DNA of 59,659 nucleotides, the filler included. It is 8 parts of 8 records of this genome, joined end to end, with 100 filler letters (N's around TTAATTAATTAA, not from the genome) between each part and the next. Parts side by side here need not be neighbours in the genome. Positions count along the whole stretch, not along the records: positions 33,937 to 46,576 come from SRR31147125_15714; positions 46,677 to 53,485 come from SRR31147125_15716; 6 more parts are not named here. The stretch is one strand, 5' to 3'. Each line of letters opens with the position of its first letter. Positions within the stretch are counted from its first letter, which is position 1. Shown here piece after piece: positions 40,203-50,981 of this stretch. Both the position numbers and the translations under genes were made by a program. Below the pieces are notes generated by a model. That model ran no database searches. It was not told the origin of the DNA and saw only the letters and a program-made list of their open reading frames with translations.

Positions 40203-41792
40203 ATGAAAACATTTAATCTGTTGCTTAGTGTTTTGGTTGTGCTTTTCTTTTCAATCCTTACTTCTTGTACAAAGCAAAAAGAAGTTTCCATTGAATCGTT
40301 ATTAAATGAAATGGTTGATCGAGATGCACTGGCCAGCTTTCCGGAAACCAATTATCGCTTAAAACAAGAAAGTAGTTACAACCGTGCATCGGTAAGTCCT
40401 GAAGATTCTACCGGATGGTTTATGAATAAAGACTTTAACTCGAATGAAAAGGATAAAAACTATATTCGTATTGAAGAGAATAACGGGCAAAAAGAATGGG
40501 TGTTAATGGATCACCAGGGGCCAGGCGCAATTGTTCGCACATGGATGCCGTTTAGAAACCCGAATAATCCTGATACGGATATTATTCTGAAAATATATCT
40601 CGATGGTTCTACCGAACCTGTACTTGAAGGAAATATGTTGGGGATTTTTAATGGTACCGGGCTGATTCCTTATCCATTGGCGCATAAATCATTGCGGTCA
40701 TCTGTTTCGTTTTTCCCTATTCCATATGCACAAAGTTGCAAAGTTACGGTAACCGAGCAACCCTTTTTCTACCAGTTTACTTACAGAGAATACCCCGAAG
40801 GTACAGCCATAAAAACCTTTACAATGGAAGAATTTGAAGCTGTAACAGCACAAACTGAAGAAGTTGGAAAAATGTTACTGTCGCCACAAAATTATGCCGA
40901 AGGTGAAAAAGTGGCTTTCGATGGAAAATTAGAGGGTAGAACTGAACAAACGCTTGAGTTGCCAAAAGGAGATGCAGCAGTTCGTTCGCTTTCAATAAAA
41001 TTGGGAAATTATACCGATACTTTACTAACACGCTCAGTTGTGGTGAAGATGAACTTCGACGGAAAACAAACCGTTTATTGCCCCATTAGCGAATTTTTTG
41101 GAACAGGTGTTTTGTTAAATCCTTTTCAAGGCTGGTACCGAACTGTTGCAGAAGATGGAACCATGTCGTGCCGCTGGGTGATGCCTTATCAAAAGTCAGG
41201 TTCAATTACTATCGAAAATTTAGGCGATGATGCGGTTGAAATAGATTTTACAGCTCATGTGGGAGATTGGAAATGGGATGAACAGTCGATGTATTTCCAT
41301 GCCGGATATCGTTTGCAAAATCCTGTGCCAACTCGTCCATTCTCGGATTGGAATTACATTGAAGCGAGCGGGCGTGGCGTTTATGTTGGTGATGCGCTTA
41401 CTATTTATAACCCTGTAAAAAAATGGTGGGGCGAAGGCGATGAAAAAATATGGATTGATGGCGAAGATTTTCCTTCGATATTTGGTACCGGAACTGAAGA
41501 TTATTACGGTTACTCGTGGGGAGGGAAAAGTACCGATTTCTACGAACATCCATTTCATGCGCAACCTCATAGTAATGTGTACAACAAATTGAACCGTAAA
41601 ACAAGAGACGAGCGAAATACTCTGGGGTATAGCACAGAAACCCGAACTCGGGCGCTTGATGCCATGCCTTTTGGTAGTTCTTTTAAACTCGATATGGAAG
41701 TTTGGAGCTGGACCGACTGTGATATGGAATACGCCGTGGGTATGTATTGGTATGGCGATGCGGCCACCACTTCAAACAGAGAAAGAAATTAA
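40203..41792 (+). CDS. DUF2961 / GH172-family lipoprotein
   Basis: LTSC lipobox, GPGAIVRTW, WWGEGDEKIWIDGE.FPS.FGTGTEDYYG. Confidence 0.88.
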   Translation: MKTFNLLLSVLVVLFFSILTSCTKQKEVSIESLLNEMVDRDALASFPETNYRLKQESSYNRASVSPEDSTGWFMNKDFNSNEKDKNYIRIEENNGQKEWVLMDHQGPGAIVRTWMPFRNPNNPDTDIILKIYLDGSTEPVLEGNMLGIFNGTGLIPYPLAHKSLRSSVSFFPIPYAQSCKVTVTEQPFFYQFTYREYPEGTAIKTFTMEEFEAVTAQTEEVGKMLLSPQNYAEGEKVAFDGKLEGRTEQTLELPKGDAAVRSLSIKLGNYTDTLLTRSVVVKMNFDGKQTVYCPISEFFGTGVLLNPFQGWYRTVAEDGTMSCRWVMPYQKSGSITIENLGDDAVEIDFTAHVGDWKWDEQSMYFHAGYRLQNPVPTRPFSDWNYIEASGRGVYVGDALTIYNPVKKWWGEGDEKIWIDGEDFPSIFGTGTEDYYGYSWGGKSTDFYEHPFHAQPHSNVYNKLNRKTRDERNTLGYSTETRTRALDAMPFGSSFKLDMEVWSWTDCDMEYAVGMYWYGDAATTSNRERN

Positions 41793-41817
41793 GTAGAAAA
41801 CCTTATCACTTAAAATT

Positions 41818-42939
41818 ATGGATAGAAGAAATTTTTTAAACCTGACAATGGCTGCCGGAGCCGGAACATTATTATTGCCTGGGTGTATCGGGAAATCTCA
41901 AGTTCATATACCGGCCTTTTTAAAAGAATATCAGGATCTTTTTAATGAAGATCCACGTAAGGCTGCCATCGAGTGGTTTAGAAATGCCCGTTACGGTATG
42001 TTTATCCATTATGGTTTGTATTCTATCCCCGGCCGTGGAGAATGGGTGCAGCTGGCAGATAAAATGCATGTGGCCGATTATGCAAAACTGGCCGATGAAT
42101 TTACTGCCGAAAAGTTTGATGCCGATTTTATTACCGATTTGGCTCTGGAGGCAGAAATGAAATACATTAATATCACCACACGTCATCATGATAGTTTCTG
42201 CTTGTGGGATACAAAATTTACCGATTTTAAAAGTACCAATACTCAGGCTAAACGCGATTTGGTGGCAGAGCTTTATGAGCAGTGTAACCAGAAGGGATTA
42301 GGTTTGTACTTATACTATTCCCATGGCCGCGACTGGCGTCATCCGCATGCTCCAAACAACGATGAATGGGGTGGAAATGCACGTCCGAAATATGAAACGC
42401 CGGAGCCTTATTATAAATATGGTGATGAAAATGACCTTAATATTTACCTCGAATATATGTACAATCAGGTGGATGAACTTTTAACCATGTTCCCCGATGT
42501 TGGTGCTATTTGGCTCGATGGATTTGCTACGCCTGCATCAGGCGATCGTTCGCTATTTAAATGTCAGGAATTATATGATATGATTCATGCCAAGCAACCG
42601 CACATGTTGGTATCGTATAAGCAAGGATTATTGGGGACAGAAGATTTTTTAGCACCTGAACGTAAATATAAATCGGATATCAAACCCGAAAAACCATTGG
42701 AATTATGCGACCATTTACAACGTAATAAATGGGGCTACGCATCGGAGCAAGACGGAAAACACAAAACAAAAGACGAAGTAATTGAGATGTTGAAAAGGGC
42801 AGACGGTTACCCGGCAAACTTGTTGTTGAATACCGGCCCGCTTCCTTCTGGCGAAATGCATCCTGAAGATGTTAAAGTATTGCGCGAAGTAGGAGAAGAA
42901 ATTCGCGCTATAGGTTGGGACGAAATTTTAAAGGCCTAA
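41818..42939 (+). CDS. Alpha-L-fucosidase (GH29), Tat signal
   Basis: DRRNFL, WFRNARYGMFIHYGLYS, TTRHHDSF, IWLDG, LLLNTGP. Confidence 0.92.
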   Translation: MDRRNFLNLTMAAGAGTLLLPGCIGKSQVHIPAFLKEYQDLFNEDPRKAAIEWFRNARYGMFIHYGLYSIPGRGEWVQLADKMHVADYAKLADEFTAEKFDADFITDLALEAEMKYINITTRHHDSFCLWDTKFTDFKSTNTQAKRDLVAELYEQCNQKGLGLYLYYSHGRDWRHPHAPNNDEWGGNARPKYETPEPYYKYGDENDLNIYLEYMYNQVDELLTMFPDVGAIWLDGFATPASGDRSLFKCQELYDMIHAKQPHMLVSYKQGLLGTEDFLAPERKYKSDIKPEKPLELCDHLQRNKWGYASEQDGKHKTKDEVIEMLKRADGYPANLLLNTGPLPSGEMHPEDVKVLREVGEEIRAIGWDEILKA

Positions 42940-42994
42940 TTAGAATTTGAAAATTGAGAAATCAGAAATATAGCAAACAGTATAATTAGCAACC

Positions 42995-44473
42995 ATGATG
43001 AGGAGTATTTTAGTAATAATTAGCTTATTCATTTTTACCGGAATTTATGCCGGAGAATTACGTTTGGGATCGCCTTTTACCGAGCATGCCGTTTTACAAC
43101 GCGATATGCCCATTCAGGTTTGGGGCGAAGCAGCCTCGGGAGCTGAGGTTGGTGTTTCTTTTTGTGGCACAAAAGTTAGTGCTATTGCAAACAGCGAAGG
43201 TAAATGGCAGGTTATCCTACCTAAACAAAAAGCCGGAGGTCCGTATAAATTATCGGTACATTCCGGCGAAGAATCGATTGAGTTTACAGATGTGATGATT
43301 GGCGAAGTTTGGATTTGCTCGGGCCAGTCCAATATGTTCATGTCATACAAACAAGTTCCTGAAATTGATAGCTTGCGGGCAACTGCCGAAAATATCAGGG
43401 CTTTTCAGTTTAAAAATACGGTTGCTTACGAGGAACAAGACTACATAGACGGGGAATGGCAACTGGAAGTGCCCAACAGTGCGGTGGCTTTTGCGTTTGC
43501 TCACTTTTTACAAGAAGCAACCAATGTGTCGGTGGGAATTATTTTAACCTGTTGGGGGAGCTCATCAATAGAAGGTTGGATGCCCCGCGACATGACTGAA
43601 AAATTGCCTCATTTCAAAACCATAATGGAAAAGTTTGATGCTGATTTGGAAAAGAAAGCCAAAATAGACAGCATTCTTACCGTTGAAGAAAGGTCGAGAC
43701 GTGGCGATATTTTTCTGCGTACACAGCCCAATATCATTTACAATTCCATGATGAAACCTTTTGCTCCTTATGCGTGCCGCGGAATTGTGTGGTACCAGGG
43801 CGAGGCTAATGCAAATAAAATAGATGGTATGTTGCAATATGGCAAATCACTTCCTTTTTGGATACAACGTATGCGCCAGGAGTGGAAGAAACCCGATTTA
43901 TATTTTTTGGGAGTTATGTTGCCCGGCTACGGAAAACAGTTAAAACCTCTTGAATTAACAGATAGTTTAATGGAATGCCCTGAAGCTTTGTCGTGGGCGT
44001 GGATGCGCGAATCGCAATGCAAGGCCTTGGAATTGCCCTATACAGGCATTGCTACAACCATTGATTTGGGATTAAAAACTAATATTCACCCAATAGATAA
44101 ACTGCCAATAGGACAACGACTTGCATTGCTTGCACAGAAGAATACACTGGGTGAAAAAGTGGTGGCTGATGGCCCTGTGCTAAAAAACGTTTCGCAAAAG
44201 AAGAACTCAATCGTCATTGCTTTTGAAAACGCGAAAGGATTGACAACGAAGGATGGTGAAGCTCCTAAAGCATTTTGGATTGCCAACGAAAGCCAGAATT
44301 GGGTGCGAGCAAATGCCGTAATTAAAGGCAGTAAAGTGGTTTTAAGTTCAAGCGAGGTGAAACAACCACTTTATGTACGCTATGCATTTTCGGCCATGCC
44401 CAAAGTAAATTTGGTAAATGGCGCGCGACTGCCGGCACGACCATTCAGGACAGATTCATTTTTGCCGGAATAA
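42995..44473 (+). CDS. Sialate O-acetylesterase-family protein
   Basis: GEVWICSGQSNM, WGSSSIEGW, WYQGEAN, IHP. Confidence 0.92.
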   Translation: MMRSILVIISLFIFTGIYAGELRLGSPFTEHAVLQRDMPIQVWGEAASGAEVGVSFCGTKVSAIANSEGKWQVILPKQKAGGPYKLSVHSGEESIEFTDVMIGEVWICSGQSNMFMSYKQVPEIDSLRATAENIRAFQFKNTVAYEEQDYIDGEWQLEVPNSAVAFAFAHFLQEATNVSVGIILTCWGSSSIEGWMPRDMTEKLPHFKTIMEKFDADLEKKAKIDSILTVEERSRRGDIFLRTQPNIIYNSMMKPFAPYACRGIVWYQGEANANKIDGMLQYGKSLPFWIQRMRQEWKKPDLYFLGVMLPGYGKQLKPLELTDSLMECPEALSWAWMRESQCKALELPYTGIATTIDLGLKTNIHPIDKLPIGQRLALLAQKNTLGEKVVADGPVLKNVSQKKNSIVIAFENAKGLTTKDGEAPKAFWIANESQNWVRANAVIKGSKVVLSSSEVKQPLYVRYAFSAMPKVNLVNGARLPARPFRTDSFLPE

Positions 44474-44967
44474 TATTTCAATTCTATTATGAAACTTGTT
44501 TTCTAAAATATATCATCTGTATTTTAAGTGCCACTGGTCTGCCAATATTGATTGGCGTTCACTTGATAAATATAATTATCGCCGATTACGAACAAACCAT
44601 CAACATGCTTGGTGGCGACATGGAGCGTAGTTTGCATTTCATTCAAAGTATTCAAAATAAAGAGATTAAATCCGGGTGAGTGTAACTGATGCGACTCGGC
44701 CTGCCCGACAATGAACTTTCTAAAAAATAATTATCGAATAAAATTTTTTCAGAATGTGTATGTAAGTCAATTCATTTAATCGTCATAAAAACAAACTAAT
44801 TTCAAATTGACCACACAATACCGCATATAAATTGATTCTTTTTCGCCTTGTACAAAGGAAAAATGACAGCCTACATTCAGGTTGCAGGAGAAATATGAGG
44901 TATTAAAGTTCAATTCAGTTCGCCATGGTTGACGGACGCTAAGTGTAATATTAAAATCAAGTAAAAA

Positions 44968-46413
44968 ATGAAGAATTACGTCATATTGGCAAGTCTGGTA
45001 ATTATTTTTTCAGCTTGCACAAGAAAATCTGGTACTCAAAAACAGGCATCCGGTATCAATGAGAAACCGAATATCATCTACATTTTGGCCGACGATATGG
45101 GCTACGGCGATTTAAGTTGCTACGGGCAAACAAATTTTTCTACGCCCAACATCGACCGCCTGGCAAAAGAGGGAATCCGTTTTACCCAACATTATTCGGG
45201 CAGCACGGTTTGTGCTCCGTCGCGAGGCACACTAATGACCGGCAAACATACCGGGCATGCTTTTAGCCGTGGGAACAAGGGAGTTCCTGGAAATAAAGGC
45301 GATTTCCCGTTGGTAAGCTCGGAAATTACAGTTGCCGAATTATTGAAAAATGCAGGTTATGTTACCGGCATGTTCGGAAAGTGGGGGCTTGGCTACCCCG
45401 GCTCTGAAGGAGAACCCAATAAACAGGGATTTGACGAGTTTTTTGGCTACCTCAGCCAGGGATTGGCGCACAACTACTATCCGTATTATCTTTGGCACAA
45501 CCAGGAGAAAGTGGTGTTATTGGAAAATGCAGGACAAAGCGAAAAACAATATGCGCCCGAATTGATTCATTCAGAAGCCATGAAATTTTTGGAGACAAAT
45601 AAAGATACGTCGTTCTTTTTGTATTATCCCACTACCATCCCTCATGCCGAATTATTTGCTCCCGAAGAATACATTGCAAAATACCGGGGAAAATTTTTCC
45701 CGGAAAAGGAATACAAAGGGAAAGACAGTGGCAAAGGATATAAAACCGGTGGCTACGGTTCTCAAAATGAATGTCATGCTGCTTTTGCTGCCATGATAAA
45801 TTTATTGGATGATCAGGTAGGTGAAATAATAGCAAAAGTGAAGGAATTGGGGATTGCAGAAAATACCATCATCATGTTTTCTTCGGATAATGGGCCTCAT
45901 GCCGAAGGTGGTGCCGACCCCGAATATTTTAACAGTGGAGGTGGTTTAAAGGGCATTAAACGCGATTTGTACGAAGGTGGCGTGCGTGCACCAATGATTG
46001 TAAGTTGGCCGGGAACTATTGCTGCAGGCCGCGAATCGGATCATATTTCAGCATTTTGGGATTTGTTGCCAACCGCTGCTGAACTTACCAACCAGAAAGT
46101 TCCTGCTGGTATTGACGGTATTTCTTTTTTGTCGGAATTGTTGGAAAAAGAGCAGGCAAAACATAGTCATTTGTATTGGGAGTTATACGAGCGCGGAGGA
46201 AAACAAGCTGTTCGAAAAGGCAAATGGAAGGCTGTACGCCTAAACGTTCATAAAGATTATGAAGGAACACCTGTTGAACTGTATAATCTGGATGAGGATA
46301 TTTCGGAAACAAAGAATGTGGCTGATAAATATCCTGAAATTGCCGCTCAAATGCTTGAATTGATAAAGTCTAGTCATTCACCTTCTGAAAATTTTACGTT
46401 TAAAACGGAATAG
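44968..46413 (+). CDS. Arylsulfatase (S1) lipoprotein
   Basis: FSAC lipobox, ILADDMGYG, CAPSR, GKWGLG, SSDNGP, KRDLYEGGVR. Confidence 0.95.
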   Translation: MKNYVILASLVIIFSACTRKSGTQKQASGINEKPNIIYILADDMGYGDLSCYGQTNFSTPNIDRLAKEGIRFTQHYSGSTVCAPSRGTLMTGKHTGHAFSRGNKGVPGNKGDFPLVSSEITVAELLKNAGYVTGMFGKWGLGYPGSEGEPNKQGFDEFFGYLSQGLAHNYYPYYLWHNQEKVVLLENAGQSEKQYAPELIHSEAMKFLETNKDTSFFLYYPTTIPHAELFAPEEYIAKYRGKFFPEKEYKGKDSGKGYKTGGYGSQNECHAAFAAMINLLDDQVGEIIAKVKELGIAENTIIMFSSDNGPHAEGGADPEYFNSGGGLKGIKRDLYEGGVRAPMIVSWPGTIAAGRESDHISAFWDLLPTAAELTNQKVPAGIDGISFLSELLEKEQAKHSHLYWELYERGGKQAVRKGKWKAVRLNVHKDYEGTPVELYNLDEDISETKNVADKYPEIAAQMLELIKSSHSPSENFTFKTE

Positions 46414-46485
46414 ATATAGACTTCGAATTAGTAGCTGACTGTACCTGGAAAGTCGAGAGCTTAATTTGGTTATTTGCTAAATAAA

Positions 46486-46519
46486 AAAAGACACAGCTTT
46501 TTTATGAGCTGTGTCTTTT
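46486..46519. terminator. Bidirectional intrinsic terminator
   Basis: aaaagacacagct...agctgtgtctttt with A/T tails. Confidence 0.75.
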
Positions 46520-46680
46520 GTTTTTTTTGTGAATCCAAGCGGGGAGGTGTCGAACTTTTTACAGGAAGATTATGAGNNNNNNNNNNNNNNNNNNNNNNNN
46601 NNNNNNNNNNNNNNNNNNNNTTAATTAATTAANNNNNNNNNNNNNNNNNNNNNNNNNNNNNNNNNNNNNNNNNNNNAGTC

Positions 46681-46767
46681 GTCATGCTGAGCGTAGTCGA
46701 AGCATGAATGATGATAAAAATAATTAATAACTAAATAAACAACCCTTCGACTTCGTTCGGGGTGACA
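46681..46767. repeat. Paired inverted REP-like element
   Basis: gtcatgctgagcgtagtcgaagcatga ... cccttcgacttcgttcggggtgaca. Confidence 0.75.
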
Positions 46768-46770
46768 TTT

Positions 46771-47442
46771 ATGCTACTACAACTAAAAAACATAAATAAA
46801 GGTTACGGCGAAGCAAATACTCATAGCTTTCGCCCGGTTTTAAAAGAACTCAACCTCGAAATTATAAAAGGAGAAAAAATAGCCATAATCGGTCCCAGCG
46901 GTTCTGGTAAAACAACTTTGCTGAATATGATTGGAGCGTTGGATAATCCTGATTCAGGTGAGGTTGTTTTCAATCAGAAGAATATTACCAATTATTCAAA
47001 AAAGGAGTTGGCTAATTTTCGTAACCAGCACCTTGGATTTATTTTTCAATTGCATCATTTAATGCCTCAATTAAGTTTGTGGGAAAATGTTTTATTGCCG
47101 CTTTTACCACAAGGAAAAATTACAAAAGAGCAAAAAGAGTGGGCAGAGCACCTTATTCAAAAAGTAGGAATATGGGAGCAGCGCAATCAAAAACCGGCTG
47201 AAATGTCGGGTGGGGAATGTCAGCGTACTGCAGTGGTTCGGGCGCTTATTAATAAACCCGAACTAATTCTTGCCGATGAACCAACCGGTGCACTCGATGA
47301 AGAGAATGCCAATGCACTTTCCAAGTTACTTATTCAATTAAGTGAAGAGGAAAATGTAACGTTGGTAACGGTGACGCACTCGTCTGAATTGGCAGAAAAG
47401 ATGGATAAGAAATTACTATTGAGAAACGGAAAATTGGAATAG
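46771..47442 (+). CDS. LolD/MacB-type ABC transporter ATP-binding protein
   Basis: GPSGSGKTT, MSGGECQR, LADEPTGALD, VTH. Confidence 0.95.
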   Translation: MLLQLKNINKGYGEANTHSFRPVLKELNLEIIKGEKIAIIGPSGSGKTTLLNMIGALDNPDSGEVVFNQKNITNYSKKELANFRNQHLGFIFQLHHLMPQLSLWENVLLPLLPQGKITKEQKEWAEHLIQKVGIWEQRNQKPAEMSGGECQRTAVVRALINKPELILADEPTGALDEENANALSKLLIQLSEEENVTLVTVTHSSELAEKMDKKLLLRNGKLE

Positions 47443-47459
47443 CAGAACTCCGGAACAGG

Positions 47460-47530
47460 TGTCATGTTGAGCGAAGTCGAAACATCTGTTCTTGAAGGTT
47501 AGAGATTCTTCGACTTCGCTCAGAATGACA
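47460..47530. repeat. Paired inverted REP-like element
   Basis: tgtcatgttgagcgaagtcgaa...ttcgacttcgctcagaatgaca; same family as 46681. Confidence 0.8.
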
Positions 47531-47547
47531 AACAAAGCTGAAGGGCA

Positions 47548-50500
47548 ATGACCAAACTTCAATACATAATAAAATCCTTTCTCCACTACTTTAAAGCTAA
47601 CTTGCTGGTGGCACTTGGAGTAGCAATCAGTACCATGGTTTTAACCGGTTCGTTGATTATTGGCGATTCGGTACGACATAGTTTAACACAGGCTACTTTT
47701 TATCGTTTGGGTGAAACAACGCACTTGGTTTCGGTGGTTGAAAGATATTTCAGACAGGAAATGGCTGCTGAAATTGAAGCCGATAATTCGTTAATAAAAG
47801 CCACGCCTATTTTATTGTTGGAAGGAATGGCGGTTGCCGATGGCGGACAGCAGCGGGCAAATAAAGTTCAGGTGATTGGTGTCGATTCCGATTTTTATGA
47901 AATTTCAAAAACTCCAATTCTTTCTGAACTTCAAAATAACGAAATAGCAATTAGTGAAAACCTCGCAGAGCGTTTGCAAAAAGGAGAGGGCGATAATATT
48001 CTCGTTCGAATAAAAAAGGCAAGCTTGATTCCGATGAATGCTCCTTTTGTTTCGGCTGAAGAGACTAGTGTGGCTTTACGCGCTACTATAAAAAAAGTAG
48101 TTACAAAAGAAGAGCTTGGCCGATTTAGTCTGAAAAATTCGCAAACAGCACCGTTTAATATTTTTGTGTCAATTGAACGCTTAAATCGTTTGATGGAATT
48201 TGAAGGCAAAGCAAATCAGCTTTTGATTTCTTCGGAGGCAGGAGCTGACGAAGTTGGTTTATCGGTAAAAAACTGTTTAACGCCAGCCGATGCAGGACTT
48301 TCCCTGAAAACCATTGAGGCAACCAACGAAATTGAAATCTCAACGGAGCGGGTTTTTATGGAAGAGAAAATTTCGGAAACGCTAAAGAAGTTACCGGAAG
48401 CGGAGATGATATTGACCTATTTTGTGAATGCGATTGAAAAGTCGGCGGTTGGCAGTAATCAGTCCACAGCCGACAGTCATCCTGAGCGTAGTCGAAGGAT
48501 GCAGCCTGTATCCAACAACAAATCACAACAAATCACAACAAATCACAACAAATCGCAAGCATTTTCAGCCAATCTCCATCAATCTCCATCCATCCCTTAC
48601 TCTTTCGTTTCCTCATTAAACTCTACACAACTTGAGGCTAATCAAATGCTCCTCAATCGCTGGGCTGCCGATGATTTAAATGTAAAAACAGGCGATAAAG
48701 TCACCCTAAAATACCTTGAAATTGGGCCATTGCGAAAGCTGGTTGATAAAGAATCTGAATTTATTGTAAAGGAAATTATTTCGATGGATTCAGAATTGGC
48801 AGATCCAACCCGTGTCCCTCATTTGCCGGGGCTTTCGGATGCCGGGCATTGCCGCGAGTGGGAAGCCGGTGTTCCCATTGATTTGGATGCCATTCGCGAA
48901 AAAGACGAAAAATATTGGGAGGATTACAAAGGAACTCCAAAAGCTTTTATTTCAACTGAAAAGGCGGTCGAAATTTGGTCGAATCGTTTTGGAAATTACA
49001 CGGCGGCGCGTTATCCTTCTGGTGTTTTCGATGAAGTAAAATACAATGAGATTTTTGCGCAAGAAATAAGTCCGGCTGATTTGGGAATGGCAATTGAACC
49101 CATTCGCGAACAGGGTGTTAATGCTGCGCAAAACGGTACCGATTTTAGTGGGCTTTTTATCGGGCTTAGCTTTTTTATTTTGGCTGCTTCAATTATTCTA
49201 ACGGCTCTGCTTTTCCGGTTTAATCTCGAAAATCGTTCGGCGCAGGTTGGCTTGTTGGCGGCACTTGGATTTCAGCAAAAACAGGTTCGTAGCTTTTATT
49301 TATGGGAAGGATTAGTGGTTTCGTTGTTTGGTGGAATTATCGGATTGATAGTCTCCGTTTTTTACACGCAGCTGGTATTTAAGATTCTCAATTCGCTGTG
49401 GTTCGAAATTGTTAGAACCAATGTGCTTGAAGTGAAAATTTACCCGGAGACCTTGGCGTTAGGCCTGGCAATTAGTTTGTTTGTTTCGCTTGTTGCGATT
49501 TTTATTTCTGTTCAGCGTTTTCAGAAAAGAAAAGCAGTCGAGCTTCAAAAACAAATTGTTGCCAAGTCTAATAAAACCAATTTAATTTACAAAATTATTT
49601 TATTCGTTTCCCTGGGGTTTGCAACAGGCATTTTAATCTCCGAAATTTCTTCCGACCAGTTAAATCCGTCTATGTTCTTTCTTTCTGGTGGATTTATGTT
49701 GCTGGGCTTGCTTTTATTGTTCCGGCAAATTATTCTTCAACAAGAATCAAAAAAGAAAGAGCTTCGGTTTAGTAGGTTAGCTCAAATTAATTTGTCGCGA
49801 AATATAAGCCGCTCGTTAACCGTGGTGATTTTGTTTGCGCTTGGAACTTTTCTGGTTGTTTCAACTGGTTCAAACAAGCTCGATTTGTTTGCCAATGCCC
49901 AGGAAAAGTCAAGCGGAACTGGCGGTTTTCTGTATTTTGCCGAAACAACCATGCCGGTTCTTTTCGATATTAATGATAAAGAAAAGCAAGCTGAAGAAGG
50001 TATCTACGAAGACTTTAATGTTGTTCAGTTTCGGAAGATTGAAGGCGACGATGCCAGCTGTTTAAACCTGAACCGCATTGCGCAACCTGCAGTTTTGGGC
50101 GTTAATCCTGAAGCATTGCAAGACCGGTTCTCATTTGCATCAAAATTAAAAGGTTTAGATGAAGATATTTGGCAAGCCTTGAATGAAGATTTTGACGATG
50201 GAACCATACCGGCCATTGCTGACCAGACTGTAATTCAGTGGGGACTGGGAATGAAAGTTGGCGATATTTTATTGTATCAGAATGAAGTTGGTGATACGCT
50301 CCGATTGAAACTGATTGCCGGAACTAAACCTTCCATTTTTCAGGGATTTGTAATTATTTCGAATAAACACTTTTTAAAAATTATCCCACCAGCAGCGGCT
50401 CTAACTTATTTTTAGTGGAAGGAAGTCCTGAAAATGAAAATGCAATAGGAGAGGAGCTGCAATCAGTATTTCGCGATTACGGTTGGGAAATGGAAAGCAC

Positions 50501-50921
50501 CGCTAAACGTTTGGTTGAATTCTATTCCGTAACTAATACTTATTTGTCGATATTTTTAGCGCTTGGTGCCTTGGGTTTAATTCTTGGAACAATTGGTTTG
50601 GCGGTAATTCTGGCTCGCACTATATTGGAACGCCGCCGCGAAATTGCCCTGATGCAAGCCGTTGGTTTCTCCGAAAGCTCGATTTTTAAAACGCTGGTAA
50701 CTGAATACTTAATTTTACTTTTTATCGGTGTTTTAATTGGATTTGTAACTGCAGTAGTTGCCACGCTTCCGGCCTTTTTATCTACTAATTCTGATGCTTC
50801 ATTTTCGACAGTTGCTTTGGTGGTCGCTTTAATTCTGGTTAATGGTTTGGCCTGGATTGTTGGCTTGTGTTGGTTTTCGCTGAAGAAAAAAGTTTTGGTT
50901 GCGGGATTGCGGGTGGAATAA
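47548..50921 (+). CDS. FtsX/MacB-like ABC permease; apparent -1 frameshift at A5 (50376-50380)
   Basis: GSLIIGDSVR..L, two TM blocks with R..QVGLLAALGF and ERRREIALMQAVGF; frames join as KNYPTSSGSNLFLVEG. Confidence 0.9.
48476..48590 (+). repeat. REP half-site plus 10-bp tandem repeats inside the permease ORF
   Basis: gtcatcctgagcgtagtcgaaggat (48476-48500), (acaacaaatc)x4 (48515-48554), (aatctccatc)x2 (48571-48590). Confidence 0.85.
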
Positions 50922-50981
50922 TTGTATTTTTAAGCATTATTTTAAAAGCATTTTGTAATTTTAAAAATAAATACAAAAACA

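Noticed and set aside
46529-46560. Intact tRNA gene
   Set aside because: Only a degenerate 3' fragment; no cloverleaf can be built. No tRNA or rRNA genes were recognised anywhere in the window.
48515-48590. Tandem 10-mers as a CRISPR or iteron array
   Set aside because: No spacers, located inside a CDS, and no rep gene.
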